Positions 1 through 8,249 of a DNA stretch of 64,000 nt are shown in pieces. The stretch covers positions 32,001 to 96,000 of the forward strand of contig VMGC01000002.1 of NCBI GenBank assembly GCA_007376385.1, read 5' to 3'. The notes beneath the pieces are model-generated. The model was given only the letters and a program-made list of their open reading frames with translations. It did not search any database and was not told the origin of the DNA. The position numbers and the translations under genes were made by a program. This DNA is from Parcubacteria group bacterium Gr01-1014_8. Lineage in GTDB: Bacteria > Patescibacteriota > Minisyncoccia > Phycocordibacterales > UBA2100. How positions within the stretch are numbered: the stretch's first letter is position 1; the number at the start of each line of letters is the position of its first letter.

Positions 1-1501
1 CGAAGGCGTTATTTTGCTCGTTGATGCGACGCAGGGGGTGGAAGCTCAAACACTGTCCGTACTTGCTGTCGCGAAGCAGTTGGGGCGCGTTATCATTCCG
101 GTCGTATCGAAGATAGATGCTCCACATGCACGCAGAGCCGACATTACGACGGAGCTCGCCATGCTTCTTGGCATCGAAGAATCGCAGGTACTAGGATGTT
201 CGGGTAAAACGGGGGAGGGCGTTGTAGAGCTTCTCGATGCAGTTGTGGCTCGGATACCTCCACCGCAAACGATAGGTATTGGAGCGCAGGGTTTGATATT
301 TGATTTCGGATATTCAGACCACCGCGGCATTATCGTGTATCTGCGCATCTTTGGAGGACAATTCAAAAAAGGAGATTATTTGCGCTTTGTCGCTGCGGAC
401 GCGGATTTCATAGCGCTTGAGGTCGGTGTATTAACACCTGGCGAGACGCCCCGCGAATCGTTAGGCGAAGGGGAGATAGGCTACATCGTGACAGGAATAA
501 AAAAGCCTGGCATAGCGTCTGTTGGTGACACCATCACGCAAGCAAAACGCCCTGCAGAGGCACTGCATGGCTACCAGGCGCCTACTCCGGTTATATGGGC
601 GAGCGTGTACCCTGAATCGCAAGATGACCTTACCATGCTGCGTCAGTCGCTCGATAAATTGAAGTTGTCGGATTCGTCGCTTTCGTACGAAGAGGAATCA
701 TCCGGCGTGATGGGCCGAGGGTTCCGCTGCGGTTTTTTAGGGATGCTCCATTTGGAGATAATCATCGAGCGCCTTAAACGCGAATTTAATATGGCGCTTG
801 TAGTAACGCAGCCAACGACAGTGTATGAAATAACGAAGATGAACGGGAATGTAGAGGAAATATATGCGCCAGCGAAGTTTCCCGATGATGGGACGACAAA
901 GTTAGTGCGGGAAAAATGGGCGAGCGTGACCATACTCACGCCGCCTTCGTATATCGGAAGCATTTCGCAGCTCCTGTATGACCATGAAGCTTCCGTGGGA
1001 CATACTGAAACGCTGCCGGATGGCAAAGTCGAACTTCATTCGGAAATGCCATTGCGGGAGCTGATGCGGGGTTTTTTTGATAAGTTGAAAAGCGCGTCGT
1101 CAGGATTTGCGTCGCTATCCTACGAAATACTGGGCCTTCGCGAGGCGAATGTTGTCAGACTCGATGTGTTGGTGGCGGAGGAAATGGTCCCTGCTTTCTC
1201 GCGCATTGTATCAAAGCGGCGTATCAATACCGAAGCAGAAACTCTCGTAGATAAGCTTGAAGAGCTTTTGCCCCGACAATTGTTCGAGTTAAAGATCCAA
1301 GCGAAGGCAAAAGGGAGGATCATTGCTTCGCGTCGTAAATCGGCGATGCGAAAAGATGTGACGGGTTATCTGTATGGCGGGGACATCACACGAAAGATGA
1401 AATTGTTGGAAAAACAGAAAAAAGGGAAGAAGAAAATGCTTGCACGCGGTAAGGTGGACATTCCAAACGAGGTCTTTTTAAAGGTCGTAAGAGAAAGCTA
1501 G
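1..1501 (+). CDS. lepA: Elongation factor 4 (LepA), 5-prime partial; C-terminal roughly 495 aa
   Basis: ORF 14..1501 continues off the window edge; translation shows the LepA C-terminal domain. Confidence 0.85.
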   Translation, partial: EGVILLVDATQGVEAQTLSVLAVAKQLGRVIIPVVSKIDAPHARRADITTELAMLLGIEESQVLGCSGKTGEGVVELLDAVVARIPPPQTIGIGAQGLIFDFGYSDHRGIIVYLRIFGGQFKKGDYLRFVAADADFIALEVGVLTPGETPRESLGEGEIGYIVTGIKKPGIASVGDTITQAKRPAEALHGYQAPTPVIWASVYPESQDDLTMLRQSLDKLKLSDSSLSYEEESSGVMGRGFRCGFLGMLHLEIIIERLKREFNMALVVTQPTTVYEITKMNGNVEEIYAPAKFPDDGTTKLVREKWASVTILTPPSYIGSISQLLYDHEASVGHTETLPDGKVELHSEMPLRELMRGFFDKLKSASSGFASLSYEILGLREANVVRLDVLVAEEMVPAFSRIVSKRRINTEAETLVDKLEELLPRQLFELKIQAKAKGRIIASRRKSAMRKDVTGYLYGGDITRKMKLLEKQKKGKKKMLARGKVDIPNEVFLKVVRES

Positions 1502-1506
1502 GTCTT

Positions 1507-1634
1507 TATGCAACGAGCAGGTTGATGACGCCTGGTGCGAAGAAAAATACCATGCCGAGGGCAATGATGACCGCCAATATACCCCAGACGAATTTCATTA
1601 CGCGTCGTGTTTTATGATGGAAAAGAAAGCTCAT
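1507..1634 (-). CDS. Small hydrophobic peptide, 42 aa (MSFLFHHKTRRVMKFVWGILAVIIALGMVFFFAPGVINLLVA)
   Basis: Hand-translated ATG..TAA ORF below the 60-aa cutoff; one predicted TM helix; sits between lepA and the ftsB-like gene. Confidence 0.3.
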
Positions 1635-1676
1635 GTGTTTATTGCCTAAATTTTAAGAATGGTAGGATTATAGCCT

Positions 1677-2051
1677 ATGCGGCCGTTCCTTGAAAGGAAA
1701 GATCCGGTTCGACTTTTGCGGCGGCGGCTCCTCATAGTTTGTCTTCTTCTGCTGATCGCGGTCACGGTGCGAGGTGTCTGGGGAGTCTATAAAAAAGAAC
1801 ACGAATCAAGAGTGCTTCGGGATGAAGCGGAGATACAATTGGCAGACCTTCGAGCACGCGAAGCTTCATTGCGGGGAGATATTTCCAAGCTTAAGAGTGA
1901 TAGAGGAATGGAGGAAGTGCTTAGAGAAGAATATGAACTTGCGAAGCATGGCGAGGGGCTTATCGTCATAGTAGAGCCAAATGCCTCCCTTCCGGATGAG
2001 AAATCTCGAACAATGGAATGGTTGCACAGGGCTCTGCCGTGGTGGTATTGA
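1677..2051 (+). CDS. Septum formation initiator family protein (FtsB/DivIC-like)
   Basis: N-terminal TM helix then a coiled coil (LRDEAEIQLADLRAREASLRGDISKLKSD). Confidence 0.65.
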   Translation: MRPFLERKDPVRLLRRRLLIVCLLLLIAVTVRGVWGVYKKEHESRVLRDEAEIQLADLRAREASLRGDISKLKSDRGMEEVLREEYELAKHGEGLIVIVEPNASLPDEKSRTMEWLHRALPWWY

Positions 2052-2066
2052 GGACGCTCGATGACC

Positions 2067-2149
2067 ATACTTCTTTCGGGCACGTGATTTTCCTGCTAGA
2101 AAATCACTCAAATCCTCGCCCGTCGGCTGCGGGGTCCCTCCAGAAGTAT
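2067..2149 (+). repeat. Conserved structured element downstream of a gene, copy 1 of 3 (outer stem ATACTTCT/AGAAGTAT, CCGGGCAC-like box CGGGCAC, inner hairpin, then CTGCGGGGTCCC box)
   Basis: Alignable with copies at 26511-26626 and 57700-57783; both stems covary between copies. Confidence 0.7.
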
Positions 2150-2306
2150 GGCCACGCTCGCTTAGAGTAGTCAATGCAAAAAAAGTCTTACATTTGGCGG
2201 CAAAACAACTTATAGTTACATCAGTAAGCTCTGGATTAGTATAGAAGTTAAGGAATCCGTTTTGCGGGCGTAGTTTAGTGGCTCTGTTTTGGATTGCGGC
2301 CGGTGT

Positions 2307-2377
2307 GCGGGATTGGTTCAGTGGTAGAACGACTGCTTCCCAAGCAGTAGACACGAGTTCAATTCTCGTATCCCGCA
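2307..2377 (+). tRNA. tRNA-Gly (anticodon CCC)
   Basis: Canonical cloverleaf: GCGGGAT/ATCCCGC acceptor, GTTC..GAAC D-stem, anticodon loop TTCCCAA, T-loop TTCAATT; no encoded CCA. Confidence 0.85.
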
Positions 2378-2394
2378 CAGCGACCGCAAAAAAT

Positions 2395-2418
2395 GAAAAG
2401 CTCCTTAAACCGCTTTTC
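2395..2418 (+). terminator. Hairpin GAAAAGC-N10-GCTTTTC followed by a T-rich tract, directly downstream of tRNA-Gly
   Basis: Perfect 7-bp stem seen in sequence. Confidence 0.35.
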
Positions 2419-2534
2419 ATTCCCTCGCATTAGAAAGGGGTTCGATTCCCCTCGCCCGCACAAAAAATGTCCACAGGGCGCTTAACCAAGGCGTGGTATA
2501 CTGTCTTTCCTTATAAATAATTGTCTGTAACGTT

Positions 2535-2777
2535 ATGGCGGCGCAACCACAGGTAACAATTTATTCGACTCCGACGTGTCATTTTTGCCGTGAAGCAAAG
2601 AATTTTTTCGATGACAACAAGGTCGCCTACACAGACTACAATGTCGCATCGGATATGGTGAAGCGAAAGGAAATGATACAAAAAAGCGGTCAAATGGGAG
2701 TGCCCGTGATCTATATCGGCGACAAACTCGTTGTCGGATACGATCAGGATCAACTTAAGCAATTGCTTAACCTCTAA
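2535..2777 (+). CDS. Glutaredoxin-like protein (NrdH/YruB type), 80 aa
   Basis: CHFC active-site motif in a thioredoxin-fold context (VTIYSTPTCHFCREAK...GVPVIYIGDK). Confidence 0.8.
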   Translation: MAAQPQVTIYSTPTCHFCREAKNFFDDNKVAYTDYNVASDMVKRKEMIQKSGQMGVPVIYIGDKLVVGYDQDQLKQLLNL

Positions 2778-2810
2778 TTCTTTCGTGGAAAGTTTGCTAC
2801 AGTGCGGTCA

Positions 2811-2883
2811 CCCCGCGTAGTTCAATGGATCAGAACGGACCCGTCCTAAGGGCCTGATCTCGGTTCGATTCCGGGCGCGGGGA
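2811..2883 (+). tRNA. tRNA-Arg (anticodon CCT)
   Basis: Cloverleaf with C1:G72 acceptor (CCCCGCG/CGCGGGG), D-stem GTTC/GAAC, anticodon loop GTCCTAA, T-loop TTCGATT. Confidence 0.7.
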
Positions 2884-2968
2884 ATAGTGTGTGGATAATC
2901 GATTCTGTCCGGCCTGAAAGGTACTGTACAATGGCGGGTAGCGATATATTAAATAATTATTCATACCT

Positions 2969-3196
2969 ATGAAAAAGCATCTATTGAAGTGTTGGTTGTG
3001 GAAAGCATTGTGGGCGCTCAGCGTGATTGCGTTCGTGCTTGCGTGGGTGAGCGTGATCCGGCGCGCACCGATAGGTCAGTTTGATCCGCTGTTCTTGTTC
3101 TGGAATGCGCTTATTCTCGGAGTTCTTGCAGTTCCAATAAAGTTAGATTGTCAGACATGTGAGACATGCACGGTGCCCGCTCCTCGGCAGATGTGA
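2969..3196 (+). CDS. Hypothetical small membrane protein
   Basis: ORF with two hydrophobic segments; no recognisable motif. Confidence 0.4.
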   Translation: MKKHLLKCWLWKALWALSVIAFVLAWVSVIRRAPIGQFDPLFLFWNALILGVLAVPIKLDCQTCETCTVPAPRQM

Positions 3197-3199
3197 GCC

Positions 3200-3517
3200 A
3201 TGCAGATAGACGACTTGGATAGAACAGAGCTGGAACAGATATTGAAGCTTACGAAGGAGAATAATCGCATGCTGCATGCGATGAGGCGCAACGCGTGGCT
3301 GGGCGGTATCTTTAAGGTCTTGCTTTGGGCGGGACTTATCATTATCCCGTTCTGGCTGTATATGCAATATCTCGCGCCTGTTATGCAGAGCGCGATGGAC
3401 ACCATGGATCAGCTGCAGGGAACCGGTGCCAAAGCTCAAGCGCAATTCAGTGACCTCAATAACGCGATGCAGAAGCTTCAGGATCTGTACCCGCAATATT
3501 TTCAGAGTAAACAGTGA
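3200..3517 (+). CDS. Hypothetical membrane protein
   Basis: ORF with a central TM hairpin; starts 4 nt after the previous ORF. Confidence 0.45.
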   Translation: MQIDDLDRTELEQILKLTKENNRMLHAMRRNAWLGGIFKVLLWAGLIIIPFWLYMQYLAPVMQSAMDTMDQLQGTGAKAQAQFSDLNNAMQKLQDLYPQYFQSKQ

Positions 3518-3681
3518 AGCGCGAGCTTCACTTTTAAGAACCCACGGTTCTCAACGCTCGCTCTGCTCACTGCTCTCCTCCTCGGGAAAACTACAGTTTT
3601 CCCGACCCCTTTCGAACTCGCTTTACCTTATTCAAGGCTAAGAACATAGATGGCAAGCGAGGTAGATGGTATAGTGCCTCA

Positions 3682-3752
3682 CGCGCCTGGATATATGTGT
3701 ATCCAGTCGTCGCTCGGAGAAAATGCAAAAGCGAGCTTCCGCATTTTGCTCC
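3682..3752 (+). repeat. Two adjacent hairpins (CCTGGATA..TATCCAG; AAAATGC..GCATTTT with CGAGC in the loop) related to the hairpin/CCGAGC-box repeat family
   Basis: Inverted repeats seen in sequence, directly upstream of tRNA-Phe. Confidence 0.4.
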
Positions 3753-3758
3753 TTGTTA

Positions 3759-3832
3759 GCCTGGATAGCTCAGGTAGTCAGAGCATTCCCCTGAAGAGGG
3801 AAGGGTGGTCAGTGCAAGTCTGACTCCAGGCA
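3759..3832 (+). tRNA. tRNA-Phe (anticodon GAA), with a non-canonical T-loop TGCAAGT
   Basis: Acceptor GCCTGGA/TCCAGGC, D-stem GCTC/GAGC, anticodon arm TTCCC-CTGAAGA-GGGAA, T-stem GTCAG/CTGAC; G at position 55 is unusual. Confidence 0.6.
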
Positions 3833-3836
3833 CAAT

Positions 3837-4247
3837 CTACTTCTCTTCTTTTAGGATCTCACTTTCAACGAGAGCTATGGCTGTCGCCATGGGAATGCCA
3901 ATTGCGGTAAAACGTCCTATGAGCCAACCTCTGTGCTGATCCCGAAAAGCCTCGACGATCTCAGGCGCTTCGTTGGAAGATCCATATTTTTCCATAGTTC
4001 GTCGGTGATGTTCCTTTGTTTCCCGTAACGTCGTTTCAAAATCCTCGTTCGCCTTTTCAAGCGCCCTGTCGTCGTCAACTGGGTAACCCATGTTGATAAT
4101 ATCTTGCACGATTTTTGCACGGATCCCCGTAAGAGGTTGGCCAGTACCGTATATGGCGACGTTTTTTAGCTCCTTTGCCCTACGTTCCTCGGGCGCCTCT
4201 GCTTTTTCTGGGGCTTGCGTTCTTGTGGGGGTAAGCTCATCGTCCAT
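3837..4247 (-). CDS. Hypothetical protein, 136 aa
   Basis: ORF only; acidic N-terminus, no recognised domain. Confidence 0.45.
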   Translation of the reverse strand: MDDELTPTRTQAPEKAEAPEERRAKELKNVAIYGTGQPLTGIRAKIVQDIINMGYPVDDDRALEKANEDFETTLRETKEHHRRTMEKYGSSNEAPEIVEAFRDQHRGWLIGRFTAIGIPMATAIALVESEILKEEK

Positions 4248-4251
4248 GTTC

Positions 4252-4746
4252 TTATCTGCTTCTCACTTTCAACTTCGTCTGCCTCTTCTTGTTTATTTTT
4301 GGCAATCGGATCATCAAGATCCCGTGCTTTTCTGATGCCTCAGCAAGCTCTACATCTACCTCCTCTGGCAAGAGAATGGTTCGTGAAAATGAGCCCCAGT
4401 AAAGCTCTCGTTGGAAATAGTTGTCCTCCTCAACCTCACGCTCGTCTTCTCGGGTGCCGCTGATGGTAAGCATCTCGCGGGTTAGGGAGATATCAATGGA
4501 TGTAGGCTGCACTCCGGCAACAAGAGCCTTTACCACTATGGCATCCGGCGTTTGATACACATCTACTGCCAACTCACCCCCTTCCTCCGCCTCTCCTAAG
4601 TCGCCTTGGTCGCCAGTAGTGACGTGGGCGTGGCGCTGAGAGCCGCTGCCAGTGAACTTTACATGTTCTGCCTGCGGGTCATCAAAATAGTCATCGTATT
4701 GGTCACCTGCGCCCGTTAGTCTCGCGAAAAATGAGGGTTTTTTCAT
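4252..4746 (-). CDS. Hsp20/alpha-crystallin family small heat-shock protein
   Basis: Alpha-crystallin domain signature (AVDVYQTPDAIVVKALVAGV...ISL...LTISG...GSFSRTILLP...GILMIRLPK). Confidence 0.8.
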   Translation of the reverse strand: MKKPSFFARLTGAGDQYDDYFDDPQAEHVKFTGSGSQRHAHVTTGDQGDLGEAEEGGELAVDVYQTPDAIVVKALVAGVQPTSIDISLTREMLTISGTREDEREVEEDNYFQRELYWGSFSRTILLPEEVDVELAEASEKHGILMIRLPKINKKRQTKLKVRSR

Positions 4747-4764
4747 GTGTCTCCAAGCTTAATT

Positions 4765-5460
4765 CTAATTTCTTCTCCAGCGAGGTTTGATACGTTTTAC
4801 GAACTCAATGCCTCCCAACACAACAATCACACCTGCCCATACTATAGCAAACGTTTGAAGCAGGGACTCTTCCGGAGCGTTCAGTATAAGAAAATTGAAG
4901 CCGCTGTGCAAAAGAGATGCGAGGATAACTCCGGCGGCTACGTACCATGCATGGATTTTGTGCGGTTTGTAGAACGAGAAGGCAAGGGCGAGCCCGACGA
5001 CGGCAGAAGAGAGCACGTGAAGCAATGTAGCCCCGACAAATCGCAAATTTCCGGTCATGATGGTCTCGATAGGGGTATTCCCCGCGAGCGGACTCATCAG
5101 AAAAAGGGTATTTTCAAGCGCGGCAAAACCGAGCGCGACAGCAACCATATAGATTACAGGGTCAATCGGCTCATCATCTTCGTGCCGCCAGAGGACCGCG
5201 ATACGCGCCGCGACATATTTCATCACTTCTTCGATGACAGACCACGCTGTAAAAATAGCCGTCGTGCTGACGAGAAAGGGTGCAACGAACTTTTGGAGCG
5301 GAATGACGACACCGACTGTTATCATTCCTGCGAAAAAAGCGAGGGCAATGAGCCGGCGAGGTTCTGGATGAGAATCTTCCCGCCGCCAGAACCAGAGCCA
5401 TGCAAGGGCGGGGAAGAGCCCTCCTGCTATCGCCGCGAGAAACGGATAAAACTCTGACAT
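4765..5460 (-). CDS. PrsW-family intramembrane metalloprotease
   Basis: Multi-TM protein with the EEVMKY, FAALEN and HSGFN motifs characteristic of PrsW. Confidence 0.7.
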   Translation of the reverse strand: MSEFYPFLAAIAGGLFPALAWLWFWRREDSHPEPRRLIALAFFAGMITVGVVIPLQKFVAPFLVSTTAIFTAWSVIEEVMKYVAARIAVLWRHEDDEPIDPVIYMVAVALGFAALENTLFLMSPLAGNTPIETIMTGNLRFVGATLLHVLSSAVVGLALAFSFYKPHKIHAWYVAAGVILASLLHSGFNFLILNAPEESLLQTFAIVWAGVIVVLGGIEFVKRIKPRWRRN

Positions 5461-5474
5461 TGCGTTAAATTGTA

Positions 5475-5804
5475 TCAGGCTTCTGGCCCGTCCTTCTTCA
5501 CACCTCTTGCCGCCCGCGAGGCGTTAACTAGGGTTCGCATGTCTAGATTCTCAATCGGAATTATCACACCACCGACTCGTTGTCCTGGATCATGGAACGT
5601 TCCGCGCAGTTTGGCAGATATCGCATCCATATCTTCGCTACCTGCTGTCCACCACAAATATTTACAATTCTGTCTGAGTGCCTGCTCTTTGAGACTTTTT
5701 ACAAGCTTACTATTAATACCAGCCGCCCGCTCCGCCTCCAATACTTCCAGGTCGATAATGAACATCACATTTCCTTTTATTCTTCCAAGGTTGACCTCCA
5801 TCAC
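5475..5804 (-). CDS. GNAT acetyltransferase-like C-terminal segment (motif A-like RAAGINSKLV)
   Basis: ORF; overlaps the upstream ORF by 4 nt (ATGA). Confidence 0.4.
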   Translation of the reverse strand: MMEVNLGRIKGNVMFIIDLEVLEAERAAGINSKLVKSLKEQALRQNCKYLWWTAGSEDMDAISAKLRGTFHDPGQRVGGVIIPIENLDMRTLVNASRAARGVKKDGPEA

Positions 5805-6016
5805 ATCCCAAAAATTACGCCAATTGGCTGGGTGTCTCTACGCAATATCATTCCCGATTCAGGTGTAAGAACCGGAAGCTCCTCCTCTTTTGGGTCAAGC
5901 CCTACAACTCCCGCTTCTATTTCGCGAACGTCTTCTTGGTCTTTGCCGCTTCCCGTGATTACTTCCCAGCGTGAAGGTTGCTTCTCAACTTTGATATCTC
6001 CTTGGTCACTCATATG
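5801..6016 (-). CDS. Short ORF (71 aa) that may be the N-terminal part of the same GNAT gene in another frame
   Basis: ATGA overlap with 5475..5804; combined length fits a GNAT fold of about 180 aa. Confidence 0.3.
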   Translation of the reverse strand, partial: HMSDQGDIKVEKQPSRWEVITGSGKDQEDVREIEAGVVGLDPKEEELPVLTPESGMILRRDTQPIGVIFGM

Positions 6017-8133
6017 GGCCACTTTGCGACCATGAGGAGTGGTTCGTCCTTGTGCGGCATCTTTTGCCAGATAGCTTCCGTCACGAACGGCATGAACGGG
6101 TGGAGCAGTTTGAGAGAAGTTACAAGCAGCTCGTAGAGCAATCGTTGGCGGGACTGCCTCTCTGTGGGGTCTTCGCTTTTGAGAATGGATTTCGATTCTT
6201 CGATGACTTCGCTCGCGAAGCGATTCCAAAGGAAATGATACAGGTTTTCAGCTGCCAAATAGAATCGATATTTATCTATACTCTCTGTCGTGTCTGCTAT
6301 CACGTACGACATTTCATTAATGAGATCTGCGTCGTAGGTCGTGAATTCTGCCTTCAGGAAATCTGCTGATGCATCTGTATTCTCAAGGACAAAGCGCGCA
6401 ACATTCCAGAGTTTATTCGAAAAGAGTTTATACGCCTTTATCTTTTGTTCGGAGAGGGCCATGTCCATGCCCGGTGTGTTGCCGACAAGGAGCGCCATGC
6501 GCAGTGCGTCGGTCCCAAATACTCTTGTAACTTCCAGGGGGTTGATAACGTTGCCTTTGCTCTTGCTCATTTTCTGTTTCTGGGCATCGCGCACAAGTCC
6601 GTGCAAAAAGACATCCCGGAAGGGAACTTCACCGGTTCGATACAGGCCAAGCATTATCATGCGCATCACCCAAAAGAACAGGATGTCATAACCTGTTTCC
6701 ATGACTGACGTCGGATAGTAGGTTTTGAAGTCCGGCGAGTCAGGATAGCCAAGTGTGGCAAACGGCCACTGTCCTGACGAGAACCATGTGTCGAAGGTGT
6801 CGGGATCCTGTACCCATCCTTCGCCTGGGGATTCCGCTTGAATTTTTATCTCGTCGTCTTTGAACCATGCGGGTATTGGTATGCCCCAGACTATCTGCCG
6901 CGAAATATTCCAATCGCGGAGCCCTTCGAGCCAGTGGAAGAATATCTTTCTGTACTGTTCACTGACGAACGTGATGCGGCCGTCTTCAACTGCCTTGCCT
7001 GCCATATCAGCGAGAGGCTTTATCTTTACGAACCACTGCGGCATGACACGAGGCTCGAGGATGTCGTGCTCGCTTTTGTAATTGACAAGGACGTTGTGCG
7101 TGTACTTTTCATCGACTTTCACGAGCATACCTTTCTCTTCAAGGTCGCGAGCAACGGCTGCACGAGCTTCAAGTATTTTCATGCCCGCATATTTTCCGCA
7201 TTTTTCATTGAGACGCCCAAATTTGTCGATGACTTCGACAACAGGCAAACCATGTCGCTGTGCCACCGCGAAGTCATTTGGGTCATGTGCCGGCGTGATC
7301 TTGACAACGCCCGTACCGAATGCTTGGTCGACGTATTCATCCGCGATGACCTTGAGCTTCACGGTGCCCGTGAGACCCTCGAATTCGATCTCCTTGCCGA
7401 CCCATTTTTTATATCGTTCATCATTCGGATTTACTGCGACGGCTGTATCGCCGAATTTTGTCTCTGGTCTCACGGTCGCGAGTACGAAGGGCCCGTATTT
7501 CAGGTAGTACAGCGGGTCATTTCTCTCGACCACCTTAGTTTCGAGATCGGAAAGCGATGTCTGGTATTTGGTGCTCCAATGAACGGGACGCGAGCCCCGC
7601 ACGACGAGTCCGTCGTTGAACATCTTTTTGAATGTGCCGTAGACGGTAGATACAATTTTCGGGTCGAGTGTAAAGGTATTGCGGCTCCAATCGCACGAAG
7701 CGCCAAGCTCACGCAGCTGTCCTTCCATGAATTTTTTGTTCTCAAGCGTGAAGGCAAGCGTTTCTTTGTAGAATTCATCTCGCGGCATTTTGAAACGCGA
7801 ACGGCCCTCTTTTTCAAGTTTTTTCTCGAATACGATCTGGGTCTCGAATCCGGCATGGTCGCCTCCCGGCAGCCAGAGGGTCTTGTATCCCCGCATTCGT
7901 TTGTAGCGTATAAGAAGGTCTTGGAGGGTTACGAAAAGCGCGTGGCCAACATGAAGAGAGCCGTTGGCGTTCGGCGGCGGCATGATAATGCAGAATGGCT
8001 CCTTGTGTTCTTCGGGAAGGTTATCTGGATTAAAGTAGCCGCTTTGTTCCCATAAGGAATAGATGCCCGGCTCAGTGTCCGCCGGATCGTACGGTTTGAG
8101 GAATTCTTCTGGTGCGCTGCCTCGATTCTCCAC
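6010..8133 (-). CDS. valS: Valine--tRNA ligase, compact form (707 aa, no C-terminal coiled coil)
   Basis: PPPNANGSLHVGHA (HIGH), KMSKSKGN (KMSKS), TFDTWFSS; class I editing-type synthetase architecture. Confidence 0.85.
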   Translation of the reverse strand: MENRGSAPEEFLKPYDPADTEPGIYSLWEQSGYFNPDNLPEEHKEPFCIIMPPPNANGSLHVGHALFVTLQDLLIRYKRMRGYKTLWLPGGDHAGFETQIVFEKKLEKEGRSRFKMPRDEFYKETLAFTLENKKFMEGQLRELGASCDWSRNTFTLDPKIVSTVYGTFKKMFNDGLVVRGSRPVHWSTKYQTSLSDLETKVVERNDPLYYLKYGPFVLATVRPETKFGDTAVAVNPNDERYKKWVGKEIEFEGLTGTVKLKVIADEYVDQAFGTGVVKITPAHDPNDFAVAQRHGLPVVEVIDKFGRLNEKCGKYAGMKILEARAAVARDLEEKGMLVKVDEKYTHNVLVNYKSEHDILEPRVMPQWFVKIKPLADMAGKAVEDGRITFVSEQYRKIFFHWLEGLRDWNISRQIVWGIPIPAWFKDDEIKIQAESPGEGWVQDPDTFDTWFSSGQWPFATLGYPDSPDFKTYYPTSVMETGYDILFFWVMRMIMLGLYRTGEVPFRDVFLHGLVRDAQKQKMSKSKGNVINPLEVTRVFGTDALRMALLVGNTPGMDMALSEQKIKAYKLFSNKLWNVARFVLENTDASADFLKAEFTTYDADLINEMSYVIADTTESIDKYRFYLAAENLYHFLWNRFASEVIEESKSILKSEDPTERQSRQRLLYELLVTSLKLLHPFMPFVTEAIWQKMPHKDEPLLMVAKWPI

Positions 8134-8249
8134 AGGGCGATGGTAACAGATTCAGAAGAACCCTGCGAGACGCGTCTTCTATTGTGCTATCGCTTTTCGT
8201 CGGCTACTATGCTTCCGTACCGATCATATAAAGTAGTCACATAGATACT

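Larger units (their letters stand above)
2264..2460 (+). other. Split tRNA-like gene: 5-prime part GCGGGCGTAGTTTAGTGG and 3-prime part AGGGGTTCGATTCCCCTCGCCCGCA with complementary acceptor arms, separated by about 150 nt containing a complete tRNA-Gly
   Basis: Perfect 7-bp acceptor complement GCGGGCG/CGCCCGC; D-loop and T-arm motifs typical of tRNA-Gly(TCC); I could not fold an anticodon arm. Confidence 0.4.

Noticed and set aside
1866-2420. 184-aa ORF on the minus strand
   Set aside because: Spans the tRNA-Gly region and the ftsB-like gene on the opposite strand; no coding signal.
6838-8055. 405-aa ORF on the plus strand
   Set aside because: Entirely antisense to valS, whose identity is secure; low-complexity translation with no motifs.
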